A DNA stretch of 64,000 nucleotides from Anthoceros angustus (Eukaryota > Plantae > Anthocerotophyta), in the NCBI GenBank assembly GCA_010909165.1, contig MU008151.1:372001-436000 (forward strand), written 5' to 3'. The translations under genes were made by a program, and so were the position numbers. Positions 27,430 to 37,931 of the stretch are shown here, piece by piece (within the stretch, counting starts at the first letter, position 1; the number at the start of each line of letters is the position of its first letter). The notes under the pieces are model-generated. The model was not told where the DNA came from, made no database searches, and was given only the letters and a program-made list of their open reading frames with translations.

Positions 27430-27989
27430 ATGCCAGCTCCTGGTCTGCTCCTCTTCATATGCATCCTCCAATGCCAGCTCAGATTCCCTGGTCTGCTGCT
27501 CTTCATATGCATCCTCCAATGCTAGCTCAAACTCCCTGGTTTGCTGCTCTTCATGTGCATCCTCTGATGCTAGCTCAGACTCCCTGGTCTGCCACTCTTC
27601 GTATGCATCTAGAGGCAATGTTAGTATATATAGACTCCTCGGTCTACTACTCATTTCTTGCATCCTCCGATGTGGGTACGGACTCCGTGGCTTGCCATTC
27701 TTCTCATGTCTTTCTCACAAGGTTGTCTCTTGCTAACAATTTTGATGTGGCTTCTTCCCATGTGATATCATCTTACACTATAAGGAAATTGGTGAAGGCA
27801 CACCAAGATGCGAGTAAGGAACGGTACAAAAACAGCTTTTGTATTCCGTCTACCATTGCGTACTTCTTGTCAGATGCCTCCAGTGCAATAAACAACTCAT
27901 GTAAAGGTATTGATGTGCTCTCTCAATTCCTCCCTACTTGTATACTTCAACACCTGGATTCGGGTGAATAAGTGCAGCACTTCCCCTCT
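27430..27989 (-). mobile_element. Ty1/Copia gag, C-terminal half (degenerate), followed by a 48-bp coding minisatellite
   Basis: Across frameshifts the minus strand reads EVLHLFTRIQVLKYTSREELREHINTF.ELFIALEAS...LYRSLLASWCAFTNFL...DITWEEATSKLLARD, resembling UBN2-type Copia gag. About four 48-bp units encode LEDAYEEQQTRESELA. Confidence 0.75.
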
Positions 27990-28090
27990 AACAAGGTCTC
28001 CTTAGGGCTAGTGACACACTCCACTTTCAGGAGACGGGCCAGGGGCTAGAAGAGATCCCAAAGTTCATAGAGAAGGTCAAGGACAGTGCT

Positions 28091-31020
28091 GTGGCCACGG
28101 ATGACGATAGGCTAGCGATGACGAGGGCTGAGGCTGGGCGAGATGTTGCGAGAGAGGCAATTGCGGGAAAGAGAGTATGGGAGTCCACGTTAAAGCTGTC
28201 CATCAACAGTTGTAGACCTCCAGAACAACTTTGTCAGTTTGGCAAGGTACGTAAGCTAGACCTGGCTTGGGTGGAGGCTTTGATGCAAAAGATGAAGCAT
28301 TCCACGTGGGTGGCCGGTGTGCTGCCCATGATTGTCATTGTAGACCCGGCCCAGTGTCCCAACAAGAACTTCTTTGACATGGATAAGGTGGATCGGGGGG
28401 TGTACAAATTTTATGTATTGGAGGGAATCATTCCTTCCAGGCCAGATCTAGACTAGCCGACTTGTATCCATTGGTTCAAATGCAGGTGGATGGATGCATA
28501 TGTTCTTCTTGGCCTCACAAATGAGGAGATGAGGTTAGTTGCCGATCACAACACCATTGCGGATGCCGGAAGACTTTTACTTTCATCGACCGTGTGAGGT
28601 ACATCAGGCGAGATGAAGGCCGGGCTAGGCGATGGGTGAAGTGTGACTTAGACTGAAGTTGGAGATATATGCCGGTGGCGGGGTTCCTAAGTGGGATGCG
28701 ACCAAGCATGGACCTAAGGTCTATCACGCCTCGTGGACAACCTAGGACCTTTGGATTATTGTGTTGCGAAGGTTGATGATGAGGTGTGGAAATGCGTGGA
28801 TGAAATCTTTGAGAAGTGGAGGCAAGCAGTTGCTGGCGGTGGAAGCTCGGGCTCTCACAAAGCAGTCGAGGCCGCGAATTCAAGGAAGACAACAGTTAGA
28901 GCAAACTTGGTCATTGACACAAAGGAGCTTAGTATACCGGTGAGGGTATGGAAGTGTTTCGGGGCATCGAGCGATCTGCGGTGGGAACAACAACTTGAAG
29001 ACAACATGCATGAAAGTCCTGGAGAATTGACATTGAAACAAATGTTCGTGTGGGTGGACAAGGCCAAAAACTCAACCTCATCCATGTGACATCGCCAAGC
29101 ATTTGCACGTGAGACATTTGAAGAGGTTCGAAGCGATATCCCGATTCGCATGGTGAATCAAATTAGTAACTTCCACGCCTTCAAAAATCTGGGTCCTCGA
29201 TGAACACTTAGCTATACCCAAATCGAGTTTCTCTCTTGTCTTCTTGTCCTTATAAGTCATGGAAAGTGGAGGCATTCACACCGTACATTCGAAGAGAACG
29301 TCCTTGCATTTGGTGGGATGTGTCTTTCATGTCTGCGTGCCAACACTTGCCTTGAGTGGGGTGCCCTACGAGAACTTCAAGGAGCACATATTCAAGGCCG
29401 AGCTTGGAAGCGGATGGAGGAGTCGCGTGCCTTGAAATCGACCACACGAGGATAAGCGATGACAATCGTGAGCGACTCCAAGCCGGAAAAACCCGGCAAG
29501 GTCGGGATCGTGGAACATAGTGAACATGGCCCGGTTTGTAGAGCCCGACCGTATGCTTTGTTGTTGTTAGACCTCCCGAGGCTTGGATCTAGATCCCCAA
29601 TCACGAGTATGACACAAGATTTACCAAGGCGAGTTTGAAGGGGTCATCATGCGGTTCAAAGGCATCACCACATCCGGTATTTCGTATTGTGGTCTTCCAT
29701 TCTCCGGATGACACATCTATGGTGAGAGAAGTCTTGATGGAAGCGTGCGGTCTTTGGCGACATGTTCGGCATAAAACCAATGTGACATTGTCGAGGACAG
29801 TGCGATCGAGGACTTTTCACTTGCGCGAGCTTGGAAGCGGATGGAGGAGTCGCAACGTGCCTTGAAATCGACCACACGAGGATAAGTGATGACAATCGTG
29901 AGCGACTCCAAGCCGGAAAAACCCGGCAAGGTCGGGATCGTGGAACATAGTGAACATGGCCCGGTTTGTAGAGCCCGACCGTATGCTTTGTTGTTGTTAG
30001 ACCTCCCGAGGCTTGGATCTAGATCCCCAATCACGAGTATGACACAAGATTTACCAAGGCGAGTTTGAAGGGGTCATCATGCGGTTCAAAGGCATCACCA
30101 CATCCGGTATTTCGTATTGTGGTCTTCCATTCTCCGGATGACACATCTATGGTGAGAGAAGTCTTGATGGAAGCGTGCGGTCTTTGGCGACATGTTCGGC
30201 ATAAAACCAATGTGACATTGTCGAGGACAATGCGATCGAGGACTTTTCACTTGCGCAGGAGCTTGGAAGCGGATGGAGGAGTCGCAACGTGCCTTGAAAT
30301 CGACCACACGAGGATAAGCGATGACAATCGTGAGCGACTCCAAGCCGGAAAAACCCGGCAAGGTCGGGATCGTGGAACATAGTGAACATGGCCCGGTTTG
30401 TAGAGCCCGACCGTATGCTTTGTTGTTGTTAGACCTCCCGAGGCTTGGATCTAGATCCCCAATCACGAGTATGACACAAGATTTACCAAGGCGAGTTTGA
30501 AGGGTCATCATGCGGTTCAAAGGCATCACCACATCCGGTATTTCGTATTGTGGTCTTCCATTCTCCGGATGACACATCTATGGTGAGAGAAGTCTTGATG
30601 GAAGCGTGCGGTCTTTGGCGACATGTTCGGCATAAAACCAATGTGACATTGTCGAGGACAATGCGATGGGACTTTTCACTTGCGCAGGAGCTTGGATAAG
30701 GATTGTGTGCCTCAACCGTTTGTGCTCGAGAACCGACGCAACTTGGCGGTGGAGTGACAACTTTGTTTGCGAGCGGCGGTGGAACTAAAATTGTGTTACA
30801 ACACCGCGGATGATCGGGTTGTTTCCCCTATCGAAGCCCCTAAGACTCTTGAAGAGGTTGATTGTATATCTGAGGGAGATTGGGTCTTTGCCGGTGCGAT
30901 CGGGATCGGGTATGATAGCATTGTTGATTATGCCGTAATGTCATTTGATGTGGATCCCAGTGCGCTCAATTCATGGACCTTGAATCAATTCCATGGACGG
31001 TGGCCGACGGAAGAGGAGGA
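28091..31020 (+). pseudogene. ParB/sulfiredoxin-like domain fused to a beta-class N4C/N6A DNA methyltransferase (PF01555-like), frameshifted and internally triplicated
   Basis: ParB-like part: KVRKLDLAWVEALMQKMK...PMIVIVD...YVLEG(NH)SFQAR (28421) and LGLTNEEMRLVA.HN..FTFIDRVRYIR. MTase part: PYALLLLDLP/GL (29570, the DPPY position, interrupted by a frameshift), IVVFHS, HKTN, KPLRLLKRLI (30834), GDWVF (30875), GSG (30903), SFDVDP. Confidence 0.72.
29400..30695. repeat. Three tandem copies of an approximately 430-bp unit, differing by small indels
   Basis: gagcttggaagcggatggaggagtcgc starts at 29400, 29827 and 30259; a partial gagcttgga occurs at 30688. Confidence 0.93.
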
Positions 31021-32656
31021 GGTGGGCGAGGAGCTATGGAGGCGGAAAGGCGTTCAATAAGGAGCCCATGGTGAACAACATGGTGGTGCCGGGGTTCATA
31101 TGTGTCGTTGAAGCGAGACCAACGAGGAAGCCGAGACCAAGGGTCATATGGCATGTGGTGAAGCAGCAGCGACAACTCAATGGTCCTTGGGGATGCGGGC
31201 GGCAAGTGAAGGAGGCGAAGAGCACCCTCCTCGGGTGTGCTTGGCGGCCGGATGGTGGGGATGTAGGATTGGAAAACTTTGCTTCACGGATCGAGGTGTG
31301 TCGTGCGGACGGTGGATAGGCTACGTGTTTGTTTCGAGGATTACGGTAGGAGGACCGGTGTGGTCTTAAGCGGTAGGTGGTATCTGCACTGGTAGAACGT
31401 GCATGCAAGGCTATGAACACAACAAACACATCGGCAAGGTCCCCGGAGACCTAGACAACGAACACGGTCTTTGGTGGAGCACGCAAGCTAGGAAGCATGG
31501 GAGTGGTGGCGATTCGAGAATGTGTTCGGTGATTGTGCCGGGTATTTGATGAGCGAGATCATGGGCGTCTGTCGCATCGGCAAGGTATGGATTTCCACGA
31601 AACAACGGACCGATTTCAAAGAAGCGCGTCGTCCATTCATACAGCGGATCAATACAATCGCCAAAGCTGTTCCTAATCTCGCTAGGAAGACTATGTATGT
31701 TGTAAACCCACGAGATAAAGCGACGGTGTCGAAGATGACAATGGATGTCATGTGACAATCCAACTTGAAACACGATGTTCAACTTTCACAGATAGCACTG
31801 CTCGCTTATGCCGTAATGTCATTTGATGTGGATCCCAGTGCGCTCAATTCATGGACCTTCGAATCAATTCCATGGACACCGACGGAAGAGGAGGAGGTGG
31901 GCGAGGAGCCCGCTATGGAGGCGGAAAGACGCTCAATAAGGAGCCCATGGTGAACAACATGGTGCCCGGTTCATATGTGTCGTTGAAGCGAGACCAACGA
32001 GGAAGCCCGAGACCAAGGGTCATATGGCATGGTGAAGCAACCGCAGCGACAACTCAATGGTCCTTGGGGATGCGGGCGGCAAGTGAAGGAGGCGAAGAGC
32101 ACCCTCCTCGGGTGTGCTTGATGATGGTGGGGATGTAGGATTGGAAAACTTTGCTTCAGATCGAGGTGTGTCGTGGATATGGATAGGCTACGTGTTTGTT
32201 TCGAGGATTACGGTAGGAGGAACCGGTGTGGTCTTAAGCACCGGACATGGTAGCCGCACTGGTAGAACGTGCATGCAAGGCTATGAACACAACAAACACA
32301 TCGGCAAGGTCCCCGGAGCGACTCTAGACAACGAACACGGTCTTTGGTGGAGCACGCAAGCTAGGAAGCATGGGAGTGGTGGCGATTCGGAGAATGTGTT
32401 CGGTGATTGTGCCGGGTATTTGATGAGCGAGATCATGGGCGTCTGTGCACAATCGCAAGGTATGGATTTCACGAAACAACGGACCGATTTCAAAGAAGCG
32501 CGTGGTGCCGGGTATTTGATGAGCGAGATCAATACAATCGCCAAATCGTTTCCTAATCTCTCGCTAGGAAGACTATGTTGTAAACCCACGAGATAAAACA
32601 ATGTAAGATGACAATGGATGTCATGTGACAATCCAACTTGAAACACGATGTTCAAT
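30929..32656. repeat. Two tandem copies of an approximately 870-bp unit with many 1-3-bp indels
   Basis: tatgccgtaatgtcatttgatgtggatccc starts at 30929 and 31807; both copies end in gaaacacgatgttcaa. Confidence 0.92.
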
Positions 32657-33470
32657 CGCTTTCATAGCCGCACTAACACCGCCTCGGTACACACATGTAG
32701 CAATATGACTTTCTCCAATTTTATCCTTGACCACGGTAAGTACACTGGACATGTCGGTGCTCCTTTGCCCTCCACACCATTCACCGCTCCAACCCCAGTG
32801 GTGGAATCCGGTGTTGATCAACACGTTACGATGTCGCGAGTTTGCCGCCTCAACCGAAATTCCTTAAGGACCAAGCAATGAAGCGGGCGGGATCACTCCA
32901 GCGTGCTTGAAAGGAACTGCCCATGTTGTGATTGCCACCGGTGCGTCAACTTCCAATTTCCATCGCCCATGTGGAATTCTCGTTTGATGGTCGGTACAGG
33001 TGAGGTCTCCATCGCATGCAAATATTCGGCGTGGCAAGCCACTTCCAAACGATTCGCAGGGGTCGCGGCTCGGTGTCTGGAACATGAGCGGTAGGCGTCC
33101 GAAATCTTCCTCCACTCCGCGACATTGGGCGGGAGATGCAAGGTTTATGCAGGCGTCCGGTGCCACCACGACCCTCCCACTAATGTAGAGGGTGACCATG
33201 ACGGTGGACACCAACTCAACACATGTGGACTTTCCATTGCGCGTTTGCATTTTGTTGTCCATACACGATTTCAAATCTGCGTTTATAGGCAATGTACCCC
33301 GCTGGTTAGCCAAACTAATATGAGATGAGAACATACAAATACGGTAAAACAGATCCCTCTATGATTTGCTCCTATGTTCAGGGGGGTTTTTTTTTTAATG
33401 AAATCAGGAAAACATGGTTTTGGATGGCTTTTGTATACCTTTCGATCCTGTGTACACCCTTCCAACTAGT
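31000..33470 (-). pseudogene. Possible CACTA/EnSpm Tnp2-like transposase remnant (heavily frameshifted)
   Basis: Minus-strand fragments occur in the order expected for Tnp2: FPDF (about 33410), L.LA..GV, VMVTLY..LPP, EFRLR, KGAPTCPV (about 32760), KVI.YMC.RR, LFR.IPY, H.L.H, and an FPP..HLL..GP-like string (about 31020). Each match is short. Confidence 0.45.
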
Positions 33471-33507
33471 GACCAGGAGCCGTCACCAGTCCCAAGGAGA
33501 CCTTGTT

Positions 33508-33860
33508 CTCTTTCCTTTAGCCATACTTCGTCTTGAGCAGCTTCTACACCTTTTCCATCCCTTGATCTGGTTCTACGATAGCCAGCTTGATAGCCTTGGA
33601 GAGACTCATGTATATGAGAGCCGTTGCACAATGGTCTCTCTGATCTAATCTCTCCCCTTTGTCACATTGCGTGGGTTTCTTCTTCGTGCCTTCCGCAATA
33701 GCAAACCCGCCCTCTACCATTAGAACGACCTTCATGGACGTTCTGCATAATAGAAATCCTGTTCTATCGAACGTCGACACTTGAAGTGCCGCTGTGGATA
33801 TTAATGAGCTTAGTGCCATCCCAACTAGCTCCTGGTACTCCGACACCAACTTCATCTCTT
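33508..33860 (-). mobile_element. Ty1/Copia gag, N-terminal half
   Basis: TFDRTGFLLCRTSMKVVLMVEGGFAIAEGTKKKP...DQRDHCATALIYMSLSKAIKLAIVE...LLKTKYG fits the Copia gag N-terminal pattern. Confidence 0.8.
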
Positions 33861-33896
33861 CTATCCTCTAAGTCTGGCTATGAGCGAATGGTTGCC

Positions 33897-33908
33897 GCTT
33901 TGATACCA
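33897..33908 (-). promoter_or_regulatory. Primer-binding site (initiator tRNA-Met) of the Copia element
   Basis: The minus strand reads ...cccaaCA TGGTATCAAAGC, one mismatch from the canonical TGGTATCAGAGC and directly after an LTR-like CA end. Confidence 0.85.
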
Positions 33909-34800
33909 TGTTGGGATATCAAGATATCCCTACGATACGGGCATTTTTATATTACTGCTCCAAGAGAATATGCGTGACACCTACAACACTAGTATAGATA
34001 TCTATTAAGCCTACGGAATTTTTATCTACATATTATGCAGGCACTTGGAGACATTATCAGGTCGAGGACCTATGAGTGTGCCGCAGGGGGCTTTACGCAG
34101 CAGTAAACATCCCTTCCACTTGCTTTTTGGGGCACAAGTTTGTAGGCCATGGAGGCCTCGGCGTTTGTGGCCTTCCTATTGTTATAAATTGGTTTGCACT
34201 TACACTTGCATATTAGATTTTTTTTGCTTGGTTGTTTGTTGAGGAAGTGCTTATATGAATTCAAATGCTTACCTTGTGCGACACCTTCATCTCAAGCGTT
34301 GAGGAGGGGGCCTTCTCTTTGCAAGCTTCCCTTGAGTTGGCCAGGGACTCCCTTTCCTCTGAGGCTAGGGCGGCCATGCCTCCCTTTTTCTCGTTTTCCG
34401 TGGAAGGGCTACGAGGTCTTTAGGCCTCTCCCCATGAAAAGCAACATGGGTACCATAGTGGGCAATCCTTTTAGACTCTACTATTCTCCGACAAGTTGGT
34501 GCCCGCATCCGCTCTTGCTTGGGGAAGGGTGTAGCCTCCTGGCTTCTAGCTCGGCCTTGCATCTAGGCGTTCCGAATCGTATCAGTTTCTTTTTCTACTG
34601 CGATAAATTCCACTTGGGTTTGGTCCAACCTCCCACTTGGGTTTGGTCCAACCTCCCACTTGGGTTTGGTCCAACCTCTGGCCTGAGAGAGAATAGCTAT
34701 GGTCCCCCTCGATGACTCAGGGTCCCACCTGGCTCATGGTCCCACCTCCGGTGGTGAGGTTATTCACGTAGGCAGCCTACTAGGCTATTGACCTTCTACC
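33909..34800 (-). mobile_element. Putative Copia 5' LTR (outer boundary not determined); contains three copies of a 23-bp repeat at about 34609-34677
   Basis: It ends in CA adjacent to the PBS. No second copy of tgttgggatatc was seen in the window, so its extent is approximate. The repeat ccacttgggtttggtccaacctc is visible three times. Confidence 0.5.
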
Positions 34801-34859
34801 TACCGGGCCCAGAGCCTTCTATCTAAGCACCATCTATCTGCTGGAGTAGCGTACGCCAA

Positions 34860-35450
34860 CAACTCAGGAGTGACATACGCTGCTGGTCAAGCCTCCGTCC
34901 ACTAGGAGGCTCGCTCCCGTCAAGGAGGAGCCGTCATTTGCGAGAAACAAGGCAGCCTTGGCCATCTCCATGGCCTCCCCAAATCTGCCCATTGGAATGT
35001 GCTCCAGCCTCCTCTGTTTCTTCTCTTCTGTGTCCAGAAAATCCATGATCAGCTTCGTTCGGATGGGCCCAGGGCACAGTGCGTTCACGTGGATTTCTTC
35101 TTTTCCATGGATGACCACCAGCTCCCAGGTGAGGGCAACAACTGCAACTTTGCTGGCAGTGGAGGCGAGTTGCAGAGATAACTCCCTTCGCGTTCACAGC
35201 TAAAGTGCGCTCAATTACATCGTCCGCCGTGCTCACAGCATCCCCGTCCTGGCTGTCCATGATGCCGGCATTGTTGAAGAGGGTGTGGAGGGAGCCGAAC
35301 ATCTTCTCCGCCTGTCGACCATGGCGGCCACGTCCGCCGGCTTGGACACATTCCCGGTGACGGCATACCTCCTGCCCCCCGAATTCCTTCACTGCATCCA
35401 CAGTCCTGGCAGCAGCCGCGATGTTCACGTCCGACACCACCACCTCATAC
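34860..35450 (-). pseudogene. Short-chain dehydrogenase/reductase pseudogene (FabG-like family ending in GGLTAAYVTPE)
   Basis: Peptides VVVSDVN, LFNNAGIMDSQDGDAVST, VNAKGV, VNALCPGPIRT, EEKKQRRLEHIPMGRFGEA, LLVDGGLT. It has frameshifts, an internal deletion after NAKGV, YxxxK read as STASK, and no Rossmann N-terminal exon was found. Confidence 0.85.
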
Positions 35451-35879
35451 CTGCAATTCTCAACCGAGGGATTATGAGTAGGCTGAGACGTAGTCCCTTC
35501 AGGAGGGTGGGCCTCAAAGGCGTGCAGCCGAGGGCTGCTGACACAATGGCATCTGTAAGCTCTCTTGCTATTGGTGATGGAACATGGTGACATATCAGGA
35601 ATCGATTTGTCACTGCCCATGGGTATTTTTGCAAGGACCACTCTTCCAGCAACGGCCATACCCGTCACCTGGTGCGGTCCTGCGGAAGAATGCAGAACTT
35701 GCTGACGAACAGAAACAGCGCAAGAAGGTCCCAGATCATGGGCCTACTACCACACACGATATAACAACCGAAAATATTTCAATATGGCCTCACTGCCACA
35801 CTGGGTTCAAGGAGGAAACCCCCTGAGAGATGGACAAGCACAGTGTAATGTCCATGGACAACAACAGCAGCTTCTGCAG

Positions 35880-36920
35880 TGTACTGGTTCCACACTACCT
35901 GCCCTTCCCCTGATTAAAATTCCAGTGGCTGTCCTTCATTGTCTACCCGAATATCGCAAAATACCCTGCCTCCCTCATCGGGAAGCACCCTTTTGTAACA
36001 TATGCGCAAAACACTGTCCTCCAATGGGCAATCCATGAGAAAATCGCCTGCGCTGGACGGAGCTGCTTAGTCCACCAAGGATGTTCTCCAGCCAGGTGAC
36101 TTTAACCTAGCAAACAGTTTTTTTTCCGCGGCAATAGCAAACCGTGGAAGTCCCTACCTTTCCCATCACGAATTCTTCGCTTGATGACACCACCATCACC
36201 AAGCACATCTCGAACCTGTTCTATGTGCATAATGTGAAGAAGTGAAGTTAATACATCAAATTGCACTGCTTTGGTCTCTTTTGTTTGCCGGTATGAAAAA
36301 GGGAGCTACCTGGACTAGTTGGACCAACTCCACCTCAAACACCACTTCCTCAGCCTCTGGTGGCAGCTCTTGAATGGTTGGAGCTGCAGTCAGGTATGCT
36401 TTCGAGATACATATGATAGCCTTCTCGCCCCTCAGCATTGTCCCTATCCCATTTTCTAACCCAACTGGAATCTGGTGACAACACAATACAATGGTGAAGG
36501 CATTGAAGGCAACAAGCGTCAGAGCTGGGCAGCCTGGGCATTGGCTACTGCAGGCATGAAGGGGAGTGGGGTGGGAAGTAGATAACCTCGTTTTTGCCAA
36601 AGGCAAAGTGTGCCCAGCTTTGCAACTAAGGAACTCTGCACCACCATATACCCAACCTGTCAACCTAACCAGGTTTAAATTACATTAATGAGAAGCTATT
36701 CTTTGGTTCTGCTGCTGCTAGAGTAAAGAAAACGCAAACACCACCAAGATGCAAACACAAAGTCTTCAACAAGAGTCGATTTTCAAAGACAAAAGAAATT
36801 CATGGAGTGAACAAGCTTGGTTTGTCTCTGCTTATCAAACTTTGGCTTCGTAAGGAGGTCTACCAGTTACCCAGCTGTTCCCTTCAGCCAATACCTGCAA
36901 CATCAAGACGAAGTTGCACG
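35880..36920 (-). pseudogene. PAS1: Internal fragment of PASTICCINO1/FKBP72 peptidyl-prolyl isomerase with introns retained
   Basis: Exons VLAEGNSWVTGRPPYEAK, FGKNE, IPVGLENGIGTMLRGEKAII...EEVVFEVELVQLVQ, VRDVLGDGGVIKRRIRDGK and DFLMDCPLEDS...DNEGQPLEF*SGEG. A frameshift and stop are present, and the TPR half is missing. Confidence 0.85.
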
Positions 36921-37446
36921 AACTCTTGGTTTCAGTTAGCATAAAATCAAGATGAACGGCAGCACCATGCCATGTTCCACAAGCTTGTCACTACATCCCC
37001 GTGCAAATCCCCGTGCAAGTTAAGAGGAGAGATTGTGAGATGATGCCTGCATCCTCCAGTTCAACAAATGCATCTGGCCTGCCTACCCTGGTGAACACAT
37101 TCATTCGTGGCCTCCTGTAGCCCACCTCCACATGCATGCATGCGCAAGATGTGGCTCCCCAAGTATGCATCCGACCCATGTCAAAGACATGAGATCGTCG
37201 CCTGACAATCAAATCCTTCTTAACTCCGTCCTCAGCCAGCCTTCTTTGCTCAGTCCTCAGTTAACCAAGCAATACTTTGGTTTTCTCTGGATTTGTCCAG
37301 AATCTGAGGGACCTCCATATCGAAAATGGCCTCGAAAACCTCTCTCCCCGAACTTCCGTCATCGGCACTTTAAAACTTTCCGCACAATGCGTAACACACC
37401 TTGGTGGACGTTGTCCGACGCACATTATTCGAGGAAATCTTGTCAC

Positions 37447-37931
37447 CTCAAAGCATAGGGTTTGCATCAGACGCACATATAGCTCTGTGGTGTTTTCATG
37501 GTCCAGCGATCCTAGGTGGCCAGGGTTTGGGAATCAGAACAGGGTGCAGCGCTTTTTAAAGTGTTGCCACAATCCGGCAATGTCAAGGGAGACTGTTGGC
37601 AAAATCAGCAAATCTCAATGAGAATTCCTATGAAGATTTGCACACGAGGGTACAGGGACTCGAGGAGCAGATAAACAGGCTACTAGACGAGCTAATAGGT
37701 TCAGGCACTCGAGGAGCAGATAGATAGACAGGCTATTAGACGAGTTAATAACCTATTAGCTCCTCTAATAGCCTGTAGGCTATTCGCTCCTCGAGTCCCT
37801 GTGCTCTCGCTTGCAAATCCAACAACAATGTCCCTTATGAATCTTCAGATCGTTGACGGATTGCGGCAACACTTCAAAAAAGCTTTGCACCCTGTTCTCA
37901 TGTCTATCTAATGCAAACCCTATGCTTTGAG
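37447..37931. mobile_element. Foldback / MITE-like element with nested inverted repeats
   Basis: ctcaaagcatagggtttgcat pairs with atgcaaaccctatgctttgag; agaacagggtgca...aagtgttgccacaatccg pairs with its reverse complement at about 37858-37899. The inner arms start gatttgca (37635) and end tgcaaatc (37819). Confidence 0.75.

Larger units (their letters stand above)
27990..33507. mobile_element. TIR-bounded DNA element nested in Copia gag; cargo is a ParB-methyltransferase ORF and a transposase-like remnant
   Basis: Left TIR aacaaggtctccttagggctagtgac (27990-28015) matches the reverse complement of 33482-33507 at 23 of 26 positions. CTCT flanks both ends (27986-27989, 33508-33511). The Copia gag reading joins across the element. 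Confidence 0.8.

Noticed and set aside
31034-31320. Plus-strand PGFICVVEA...RVIWHVVK as an SH3/Tudor-like chromatin-reader tail on the methyltransferase
   Set aside because: It overlaps the minus-strand transposase-like reading, and the coding strand cannot be decided by eye.
33467-33471. TAGTG as a canonical CACTA right terminus
   Set aside because: No matching CACTAG left terminus with a 3-bp TSD was found near 28000; the outer 26-bp TIR and CTCT pair fits better.
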